Shown here: in pieces, positions 1-11,600 of the stretch
Layout: every line of letters starts with the position of its first letter
How positions within the stretch are numbered: the first letter of the stretch is position 1
DNA from: Podarcis vaucheri
Taxonomy: Eukaryota
Reading direction: 5' to 3' (one strand)
DNA length: 64,000 nucleotides
Assembly (NCBI GenBank): GCA_965113315.1
Contig: OZ220379.1
Program-made: the position numbers and the translations under genes
Notes under the pieces: generated by a model
The model's input: only the letters and a program-made list of their open reading frames with translations
Told to the model about the DNA's origin: nothing
Database searches by the model: none

Positions 1-290
1 ATGAGCACCTTGAACTGGGCCCAGAAACGAATTGGCAATCAGTGCTGCTGTTTTAAAATGGGGGTTACTCAAATTAGAGATGGAACCCCAACCAGTTATC
101 TGGCTGCTTTGTTTTGGAACTGTTGCCCTCAATGGTAGCCTTATGTTCAGCATGCTGCAATAATCTAATCTGGAAGTTATCAGAGCATGGAGAACATTGG
201 CTATGTAATATCTATCCAAAGGGGCCATAGCTGGAAATAGGCACTCCTGGTCACCAAGCTATGGACCTGCTTAAGTTGCCCTTAATTTAA
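1..290 (-). mobile_element. Degraded L2-type LINE fragment
   Basis: The minus strand reads HALITSRLDYCSML, close to the L2 ORF2 motif SRLDYCN. Boundaries approximate. Confidence 0.6.
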
Positions 291-1113
291 AATCTAAGCT
301 GTTCTTGCCCATTGCTCATAGAAGTTATACCATGTGACCTAACAGTAAAAGTGGAGTATAACTGCATATATTAATAAATGTTTCAGGTGTTTATAATGAT
401 TATTGCATGCTATGCAGAATTATTTGGAGTGTACAATGAAATCTACATGTAAACAAACCATTAAAACAATGGGTGATATTCAACTAACTGTTACTCAGAC
501 AGACCCACTGAAATGACTGGACCTAGCTTAGTCATGTTCATTCTTTTCAATGGATCTACACCGAGTAAAGTTGGTTGAATATCCCCCACTGTAAACTCAT
601 TAATTAAGAAGGATTTTAGAAGAGGTGAAACAAACCATTTGACAACTTAGAGAAAGTAGTCATACTGTGTTAAGTTCATTGCAGCAAAAACAAAGGGGTG
701 GTTTGGCATTCCTCGTCTGAGCCTTTGCTCATGCCCTCTCCCCAAGCATATGCACAGCCCTCTTCCTCCTTTCTTCACGGATAGAGGAAAAAAGCTATAT
801 ATAAACAATGGAACTAAATGCCCACAAAACACAGGTACAAGGAAAGGACAGTGACCAGTCACAACAGAAGTAATTGGTGGCTCTGTTCATTCGTGAAACT
901 TATAATGGGATCTAAACTTAAATGGCATTCCAGTTTATGCCACTTGTTTATACAGTAACATTTACTCATATGAGCCTGTGCAATAAAGACCAACAGTATC
1001 AGGAAATTATCTTTTCCCTGCTTTAATCTACTTCTTTTCTAGAACACCTAAGCAGCAAAAGTTACACTCAGATTTAATACATATAATGGTTTTTAATGAG
1101 CTGTGTAACTTAC

Positions 1114-1235
1114 TTGCTATAGCTTTCCTCCCATTGTTTTAATTGCTTTTTTACTGCTCTGTAGTTGGTCTGTAACATCTGCAGCCTCTTTTTGCGCTTT
1201 TCATGGGTTTGCCTCAGCTCATCGTTTTCTTGGAT
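1114..1235 (-). CDS. CNTLN: CNTLN exon 11 (122 bp): [40 protein letters not shown]
   Basis: Acceptor ttatgcag|ATC and donor AA|gtaagt. Confidence 0.94.
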
Positions 1236-2635
1236 CTGCATAATACCAAGGTGACGTGATAAGATACAACTGAGTAAAATGCAAGCACTTAAAATGGCAG
1301 TCTGCTACAGCTAAGTTTTTTGATATTATTTACAATCAACTGACAACACAATGTTCATACACAGTGACAGAAACACCCACGGCATTTAGAGTTGGAAAAA
1401 GGTTGAGAAATGGGCAACCAAACGATCAAAGGGATGGAGCGACTCCCCTACAAAGAAAGGTTGCAATGTCTGGGACTTTCAGTTTAGAGAAAAGGCGAGT
1501 AAGAGGTGAGATGACAGAAGTTTATACAATTATAAACTTGGCATGACATGGAGAAAATGGATAAAGTCCCCACCCCCTCTCAAAATACCAGAACTCGTGG
1601 ACATCCAGTGAAGCTGGACGTTGGAAGATTTAGAACACATAAAAGAAAGTACTTATTCACCCAGTGCATAGTTTTGTTTGTATTGTTTTTGAAAACAATA
1701 ATTGGGAATACAGATTCTTAGAAATGGATTTATTTCACAAACGTTCTTACGAATATTCAAAATAGTTGTGACCAAACACAATAGTTTAATTACTACAGAA
1801 ACTGGTTGACAAGAAGCAACACATTACCACCTCACTGTATCCTTGAAGCGGATAAAGAGATAAAGAGCTTTCATGGGACATCAGAAAAACTCAAGTTGTC
1901 CTATGCAGAGTACAGTATTCCTTGGACTAACAAGTCATGTTCTTTCCTATTAGTAACACAGCCAATACAGATCAACTGTGCGTTGCAAAAAAAGAATTGA
2001 TTCTTAGCACTTGACTCCATGGCTTTTTGTCTATCAGAGTAGCCGAAACCTAAAGCTGTGCTGATACCCAGTGCATAGTTTAGCTATGGAACCCCTACAG
2101 GAAGTAATGATGGCCACCAACTTGGATGGCTTTAAAAGATTAGACAAATGTATGGAGGGAGAGGTCTATCAAAGACTACTAGCCTCAGTGACTAGGCTGT
2201 CCTCCACAGTTGGAGGCAGCAAAGCTTCTGAATACCAGTTGCTAGAAACCAAAAGCCTGCTTTGTCTCCCACAAACATCTGGTTGGCCACTGTCAGAAGA
2301 GGATGCTGGAATATATGGACCATTGGCCTGATCCAGGAGGCTTTACTTATGGCCATTTCAGACATGGGGATATAACTCTCTAGGGTGGACAGATAGATTT
2401 GCAGGGATCCAGCCCCACAATCCTTAATTCAAATTCTATTTAAGTACCTGCTTGAACATTTTATTTCAATTTTTTTGTTGCACAGGACTGACTGTGAAAA
2501 TGGTAAAACTTTAAGCCCACGGAAAACACATCTTATTTATTTCAATTTCCATATGCATTGCTATGTATGCTGGGTTTTATAAAATGACACTGTGATTTTT
2601 GTTTGCCTCTGTCTATGCCAACTGAAAGCTAATTC

Positions 2636-2681
<46 letters not shown>

Positions 2682-5600
2682 TTTCACCTTTAGCTGCAGT
2701 GTCTTTTCTAAGTTTTCAATCTTTCTTTCAGCTATTTTAAGCCTTCTTAATTCTTCCGACTCTTTCAAAAAGCTCTTTNNNNNNNNNNNNNNNNNNNNNN
2801 NNNNNNNNNNNNNNNNNNNNNNNNNNNNNNNNNNNNNNNNNNNNNNNNNNNNNNNNNNNNNNNNNNNNNNNNNNNNNNNNNNNNNNNNNNNNNNNNNNNN
2901 NNNNNNNNNNNNNNNNNNNNNNNNNNNNNNNNNNNNNNNNNNNNNNNNNNNNNNNNNNNNNNNNNNNNNNNNNNNNNNNNNNNNNNNNNNNNNNNNNNNN
3001 NNNNNNNNNNNNNNNNNNNNNNNNNNNNNNNNNNNNNNNNNNNNNNNNNNNNNNNNNNNNNNNNNNNNNNNNNNNNNNNNNNNNNNNNNNNNNNNNNNNN
3101 NNNNNNNNNNNNNNNNNNNNNNNNNNNNNNNNNNNNNNNNNNNNNNNNNNNNNNNNNNNNNNNNNNNNNNNNNNNNNNNNNNNNNNNNNNNNNNNNNNNN
3201 NNNNNNNNNNNNNNNNNNNNNNNNNNNNNNNNNNNNNNNNNNNNNNNNNNNNNNNNNNNNNNNNNNNNNNNNNNNNNNNNNNNNNNNNNNNNNNNNNNNN
3301 NNNNNNNNNNNNNNNNNNNNNNNNNNCTAGAGACAAGAGTGTGTATTTATATTATGTGCAGCTTTCTACGGCAATATGGAGAAAGGATGTGTGAAAATAG
3401 CACTTAAACTGGGCAACCTTCTTGCTCGCACCATGTCATATGCCTTTATGTAAAAGGCATGAAAGACTCAGATCAACTTCACTGAATTCCTAGATAATTT
3501 TGCTTAAAAGGCTGGGCAGTATCTTAATACCATTATGGTGCACTTAATAGTTTAGCAGCCTAAGATATATAATGCTCCTTTAGCTTCTCCAATTCTTTTA
3601 TTTTGTAAAACAAGGAGCAATTGCAGTGCCTTCAAAATTCATCAGTTTTTTTATGACACGAAAGAAAAGAAATAGGGTTCTGCTGTTCTTTGTTTTTGCA
3701 CAAAACAGATAAGGATTCGGACTGTAGTGGAACACCTCTTTGAAAAACATATTTAAATATATGCTTCCCATCAACTATAAGGATAATCTGAGGAAGGAGG
3801 AGGTATGCTACTTGGCTGCATAATCCTGTTTCCTGCTGGGAACAGGATTGTGCAGCCAATGCAGACTTAAACTCTGTTTTCTCACCCATCAACTGACATT
3901 CCCTTGACATCAGCTGAAGAGCAGATGGACGTGGTTTGGGGGAAATGGCCTCATGGGCCAAACTGGAATCCCTGATGGCCAGAATTTGTGCAATTGCAGC
4001 CTTATTATTTTTTTGAGCCACTGTGAAGGCAAGTGGCTTGTGGACATGAGTACTGCCTGGCCACAACCCTAGAATTATCTCCAACACTCCAGGGGTGCTT
4101 GCATGAGAACTGTTGAGTGTGAACTGGCCCACAAACAATAAAAGTTATATTGATTTCTCTATCTGTCTGTACTGAAGGCTTAGGATGGCAGAGGCACTTC
4201 TCTTGCTGTCCCTAACCTGATCTTCTATGACCACTGTTCACGTTTTCTCAGCATCCCTGGTCCCTCTGAAGGGGGCACTCATGACACCTGGTGAACAGGG
4301 CTAAACTTTAATGCCTACTCTCCATCTTCCACACATTTACATCTTCCTTGCCACTTCCAGGAACATAATTGCAGTCTAAGGTTGATGCCCTCTTGCCAAG
4401 TGCTCAAGGCGGATGTTGCAGAACTGTACCACCAACTCACTACCCTTTCTCTGACTCCAGTGAGTCAATCCACATTTCAGTAGGAATTACGTAGAATTGT
4501 ACTTAGGGTAACAGATGACATCAGGTTGACTATTCTGGCAGAGTATGTTTCTTGCTGCTAATGCACTGCTACGCTATATAAATCTTTAAGAACACTTTTA
4601 TGCTTGTAGCATTGTAAAGACTATTATAATAAGATCCGTAAAGTGCCATGTACATTGATGGTGCCGAACAGATTATAAAACACATTTTGCTGTAGATCAT
4701 CTGTAAGCAAAGATGAACTGGTTGCACAGGCCAAAGAGCACAGGAATGGAGAGAATTCTGAAGAACATTTATGAAGTCTTCAATAGAATAGAAAGGCTGA
4801 CGCAACAAAATGAGTCGATGTCGGTGCAAGCCCCGATGAGGTGCAAATGTTCCATGCTAGAGGCTTTCCTGGAGCAGGTCAGAAGTGGGGAAAACGTTAC
4901 TAATAGAACTACTGTATAGTTTATAAGGGTCGCTAGAGTGGCATAAGTAAGTAGATTCTGTTATACCACAGCTAGTGGGCCACTTCAAACATTACTACAG
5001 TGTGGGACAAAGAATGGCCCCCAAATTTGTTGCCCCATTTGCGGATTTTTTCAGGCAGCAGCAGCAGCAATGACAGAGGTCCTCTTGTCAGGTGCCTCTT
5101 GTGGCAGATACTATCTCCAGCGGCAACACCAAAAAAAGATTTCCAGGGGGTGGGGGTGGGCACAGAAAAGGCAATGTATATTTCTGGGTGAGGAAGTTGT
5201 GTTTCACATGTTAAGATCTCTGAACCAAAAGTATCAGTATATGTTAATGGCAGGAGTCTAGTAACAGGAGGTGGCAAGTGGGGGGGGCTCCTTCTTTGGG
5301 GGCACTTGCCTCCTGCCCCCTCCCTTGGTGCTACCTATTTCCTACCCAGAATGCCTCAGATACAGTGTTGTCCCTGAGCATCCTAAGCGGAAATGGCAGC
5401 TTCCCCCTGATCCTGGGCATTCTGGGGGGATAGGGCAGTCATTGTAAAAAAACGTGAGTCTTAGTGCAGGGGAACATTTTCCTCCAAAATTGTTTCAGAA
5501 TTAATCTGTGTCCACAACATTTGTGGGAGGGGGTGAAAAGAGGACATCCATTGCAGCTACCTTTAAAGATAAAAAATACCGTCAAAATGGTGCCTGATTC

Positions 5601-8600
5601 ACTTCGCCCAGTTTTTAAACTGAACCTCCTTCTACAGTATTTCAGACATAGAACCATCTTAATTATGTCTAATGGCTCCAAATTAGAAAAATTTAGGATA
5701 GTAGAAGGCACCGCTTCTTTCACAGGGGTCAGAATGATGAAGGAGTCCCTGTTTGACCACAAATTTCCTAGCTTTAAAATACCACAGGGTGTTGTTGTAT
5801 TGGCCATCAACTTCTATGGCATTAATAGGGGAGTAAAAAAATTCATGGTGGGTAAGGCTATCAGTAATTAGTAGTCCTGATGGCTGTATGCTATGTCCAG
5901 TGTCACCAGCACCACAGAAGGGCTTTTGAGCTTGTATCTTGCTTGTGGTCTTCCCATAGGCATGTGGTTGGTTACTCTGGAAAACATGATGCTCGACAAG
6001 ATAGGCCTGATCTAATATACCAGAGCTCTTCTTGCGAGCTTCCAGGTATAATTCAAGATAGTTGTTCTGTTCTGACCCTGTATCCGAAAAATATCTTCCT
6101 TCCCCATGATTGTGATTAATATGCCTACACAAAACTACTTTATTAACAATACTATCCATGCAAGAAGTCTGAAGACTAGTGTTCTGTGGAGCTGCTTCAC
6201 AATTAAGAATAATCAGAACCAAGGAAAGGACATATTTTGGCGGGTATCTGGAAATTAGTGTTATACAGGTATAGGTGGGATTATTTTCATGTAATATGTT
6301 TTGTTTTTTGTTTTTAAATGACATGATGCAACAAGCCCTGAAGATCTAAGAGCAGAGAGAAATACAAATTCTAATAGGTAAAATACATGGAAAATAACTG
6401 AGTTCAGATTCAATAATTAATTCTAAAGATAAAACAACACCAGTTGTACAGAACTCCTAACTCAGCATTTATATTAATTGCAAACTTTTAAATCTCAAAC
6501 TCAATTTCTTAAGTTCATCTGTTTGAAAAGAATGGGCATCCTCACAAACAGTATCAAGTAATAAATATTCATCTTAAGAATCCTACAAAGAATTGAACCT
6601 TTAAATAATTTCATTAAATTAACAATCCTTTATTCAGTGTTTAATAAGGTAAAACTTCCTACTCCCAACAGTTATTTTAACAAGTCTTTGGCAGATAATA
6701 AAAACACTCTTCGATCAAGCTTCCAGAATTATAAGTAGCATCGACAGTTATTAAAACTGGTATTATCCGAGTCCCAGAGCAAAATGTCAAGCTTTGCCAA
6801 CCTCATTTTGACACAAATACACAAGGCAATAAAGCTTTCCTACCTTGTATTTCTTCCCAGCCTTAACACTGATGCAATCCAAGAAATCTCTGCTGCAAAG
6901 GCTATGATCTGCTAGTGTATGATTTGCTCTTTTCAATTTTTCTTTCAAAAGCTTTATTTCAGATTTTTGTGATAGTATGAGATATTCTAGCTCACTTAAA
7001 GAGTACTGCTGGAATTCCTAGAAAACAGAAGGACAAGTACTTTGGAATACTTGGGGATAAAAGCAAAATATGAATACTGCTGCCAACATACTATGCTTCA
7101 CATATTAAATCAAAAAGTTGCACACCAAAAGACCACCTTTTATAGCCGGGGCTGGGGTGGAATAAAAGAAAATATTCAAGTGCAATTGGACATAGGGCTA
7201 ACTTCACCAAACCTTTTTTTTTTTTTTTTTTGGATTGTACCTGTTATGATATGAACTGTGCTCATAATGATTTGGATGTTTCCCACAGGCATTTAATTTA
7301 TTTAATTCAATGCCATTGCCCTCCTCATCCCAAGGGAACAGGACTGATAACAATATGCTAATTATAAAACACTGAATATTTTTTTTTAATCCCACCTTGA
7401 TCTATACTAACACTTTCACCTATCCTATCTTTGGCATCAAAAGTCAGTAAAAGAAACACTTTACTGCTTCTGGAAGGCACTTAATCACGAGGAAGTGTCC
7501 AAGGAAAAGGAGATACAAAGTTACAGTGCAACTACTGGGAATACATCTCTTAGTGCCCTTTCTGTCCTGGCTTAATACATAGATGACACAGTTGATAGGA
7601 ACTCTTAAAGGCTTCAAAAGAACATGGGGTGAAGACAACTTCCTATTTTGGGCCCATGCCATTGAGGCCTCTGTAGGTCATTGCCAAGGGACGCGGGTGG
7701 TGCTGTGGGTTAAACCACAGAGCCTAGGACTTGCCGATCAGAAGGTCAGCGGTTTGAATCCCCGCAGCAGGGTGAGCTCCCGTTGCTAGCTCCCTCCTCC
7801 TGCCAACCTAGCAGTTCGAAAGCACGTCAAAGTGCAAGTAGATAAATTGGTACCGCTCCGGTGGGAAGGTAAACGGCATTTCCGTGCGCCGCTCTGGTTC
7901 GCCAGAAGTGGCTTAGTCATGCTGGCCACATGACCCGGAAGCTGTACGCCAGCTCCCTCGGCCAATAAAGCGAGATGAGCGCCACAACCCCAGAGTCGGT
8001 CACGACTGGACCTAATGGTCAGGGGTCCCTTTACCTTTACCTAGGTCATTGCCAACATTTTTAATTGAAAAGCAAAAAGGCATTAGAACACTGGTGTAAT
8101 GCACTCATAATGCACCCCTCACCATGGCCCAAAAGATGGGCATAGCAGTTTTTATCAGCTGAAGTTTCAAACCATCATCGAAACACAGGAATCTGTGTTG
8201 TTTTGATGTATAAACTTGTAGATATACCATGGGAGCCTTGGGATTGTTTGCCATGAAATGTGTAGCGAAATTCTAACATGTTTGCTAGCAAAAGTTCTAA
8301 ACCTTCTCCATGTAGCCCATTATGACAATTCCAGCCCTAGAGAATACAATCAGTTACAACATGACAAAAAGTGAAACACAAAACTGCACATCTTCCCAAA
8401 CCAGAAGGTGACAATAGTGGATGCCTCAGCAAATGGCTTTGATTTTCAAACCCTTAGCAACTATCAAGCGACTCAAACTCCCCAGCGCACCTCAAGGGTT
8501 GGAAGTGAGTCTTGGGCTTGCAGAAGCCACTTCCAACTCCCCCACCAGGCAAATAAAAAAAAAGGTTGCACAAAGAGACTCTACTCTCAATATGGATTTG

Positions 8601-11600
8601 TGCAGCACCAAGAGAGAAGAAGCAGCATCTGAGTGTGTGGTGCTGATAATGCCAAGGTTGCAGGTTCAATCCCTGTATAGCACAGCTGCATATTCCTGCA
8701 TTGCAGGAGGACTAGATGATCCCCAGGGTCCCTTCCAACTCTACAGTTCTCTGATTCCATGAATGGAGCCCCTGTCTGACTGCCATGTATTGAAAATGGG
8801 TGAATAAATTGTTCCTACTAGTTGGAAGCTTGGCAATGCATTTACTTCCACTGTAGCGTATGAAAAATCATTATGCGAGCCTCAATTTAGTTCTGCTTAA
8901 CTTGGGGTTGTTTTACTAAATGCATTCATTGTCATGGGTTTCTCTGACCTGGTTCACTTTTATCTGCTCTCTATCTGTGGCAGATTTTAATCTGGATATT
9001 ATTGGCTTCATCCATAAACCATTTTTGTGCGAACAGAATTGTGCTGCGGCACACAGGTATGGACTATACAAATGTCAAATGTTTCCATGTACTGCAGAAT
9101 TTGCCCTTCAACTTTTTCTTTATTAGCATGCTATGTCCAAACAACTCGGTTAGCAGCTAGTGGATGAGACATTGCAAGGTTTAAGGTTTATGTAACTCCG
9201 GTTTGGATTACGTGCTGAAATTCCTAGGTAGCAAAAGTGGATATTTATTTAATTAGAACTTCCTTGTAAATCAACAAATGCTACCACTATGCTAATATAT
9301 AAAAGAAAAAATGAAGTTACTAGCCTGCAAAAGAAATTACTACCCTGTTTGGCTGGCCCAAGACATTTTGGCACTCGAGTTGAAACAAAAAATGGGTTCA
9401 TTCACCTGCAATGAACTCCATGCACCTGACTATACCGAATTACTATACTGCATCTTCCATGAAAGTTGTGAAACACAAGTTTGTGTTAAAATCCTCCATC
9501 TAATTTGTACTTGCATGTGCAGTTTTTTCCAGTATGTGGTTCGTGGAGGTGCAGCAGGTAACAGGCTCCTCTCCCTCAGCCACCATCTTGCTAATTCCCT
9601 CCTTCCTCTGAAGTTCCTGTGTGGCTCTAGCATGTTGAGAGCCCCGCCTCAGCGTTATCCCTTCACTGGATCAAAAGAAATCTGTAGATAGTAGTCTTTC
9701 CATCCATGGAAGGCAATCTGGATCCACACCAATGTGTAGCCAACAGGAATACACATTCATATGTCAAAAGTGTGTGTTTTATTTTCTCACACTGCAATAA
9801 TGCCAACTTGTCCTAATAGCTCAAAGTAGAATACTAAATAAATAATAATAATTCCCAAAATAGGACAATTCTCCTACTTGCTCATTTTATAACATGAAAA
9901 TCTGCCTCAAAAAGAAAGCCCATATGATCACACTACATTTTGAAAGACTATATGGACTAATGTGGGTGATTTGCCAGAATTGGTTGAATATACTCTTGAC
10001 TTTCAAAGTTGGCACCTGCCTGGCACGGGTAAGATGCAAACTTTCACTAATCCATAAGGACTCTTAATTGGATCTATAAATCTGAGTGCATGAGGGAAAG
10101 CAGGGGCATGTGAACCAATGGTAGGTTGTATGTGAATCAACCTAATAAGGAAATGGCATTAACAAGAAATATGCATATAGTTATGTGTGCAGCTCACATG
10201 GCAAGTTTACATTGAACATATAGAGAAGATGCACTGTATCTAACTGTGCTAAGATAAAAGGAAACATCTCACTAATTGTTTTTCTTAGTTAACACTGCAG
10301 TAACTTAGTTTTTATACAAGTGCAGCTAGCAAGTTCGAAGGAAAATCAATTTTTATAAACATCGTAACAATATTTACTACACTATATAGTGAGGAATAGC
10401 ATCAAAATTTGTAATTACCAGGCATAGCATACAAGCTGTTCAAAATATAAGGCCCAGCTATAATGTAAGTTGAGTACCATTCTGCCCTCCTCCCCCAAAA
10501 ATTCTTCTCCATCTCAGAATGATAAATCAGATTTGGTGATTAGGTGATCTGAAAAGCTGGAATGTGTAGAAATTATTTACTCTTAACTTCTTTTGAGTCT
10601 TGCAAGCCCTTAATGTGGTTATTAGGAGGGGAGAGAATCTGTCAATTTTGTTTTCTCTTGGTTTGTCATTTTCCAGTCTTAAGTTCAGGTCTCCACATGC
10701 AATTTTTTGAAACACATACGCACATCCTCATAAGGACTCGAATGTGATATTCTGCTAATACAAACCTATGTGTATCATTTTGCCCAATATACACATTTTT
10801 GCAGAGCAATTTCCCCAAATATTTTATGCATACTTTACCTCAGTATATGCATTTCTGTACACATTATTACTAGGTTAGATAACTGCGCTGTGAAATTCAG
10901 GGAGAAATGCAAATGTCAAAGGATGGCTAGCTTCAGTCTACTTGTTGCTCCAGAAGGTACAACTAGGTATGTTCACCTTTAAATGAACACTGAATTTAGG
11001 GGAGGCTGAATTTTCAAGGTGCACTCCACCATGGTTGGTACTGTGGAGTGAAAACAAGGCAACAAGGATGGGGATCACACTACAATTCCTAGAAGGCAAT
11101 ACAGAATTTTCAGAGAAATGGGACACTCATCAGGGAAGCCACAGCAACACAACTTTATAGACCATGAGAACATTCCATAACATAACAGGACTGAGCCTTA
11201 TTGAGCCTAAAGACATCAGGATGTGATGAGCTTAGCCAATTTTCATCTACATATTGGAATCCTCCATGTCCACGATGAAGAATGCCCAATGCAGACAGAA
11301 AGCAGGGGCGGAGGATGACTCACAGAGCTCTGACTTCATAATGAATTCTGTATGATTGTTGCATATGGCCATAATCCAGAGTCCACATGCCAGACAGTTC
11401 AGCAATACTTGGACACCTTTCTCCTGTTGTAGCTTAAAGCCCCATGTTAATGTGTGGGGTGCCATCTGGACTTTTGTCTGTGACTATCATTCTAAGTCCT
11501 TTCCAATGCCTCACTGAAATCAAAACTGCAGCATTAATTTCACGCTAAACTGTTCTACGTATTGCTGACCATATTATCAGTGCTAGAGAAGACTTTCAAA

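Noticed and set aside
647-862. 71-aa minus ORF as CNTLN exon 12 or an alternative last exon
   Set aside because: An AG near 795 would be in frame with exon 11, but the polypyrimidine tract is poor and the peptide does not resemble the next centlein exon as I recall it.
4480-4640. Resemblance of SLQC…MSSV to adenovirus E4orf6, and of nearby text to hepadnavirus terminal protein
   Set aside because: Only 4-residue matches with the wrong spacing and missing key motifs; not enough to assign an identity.
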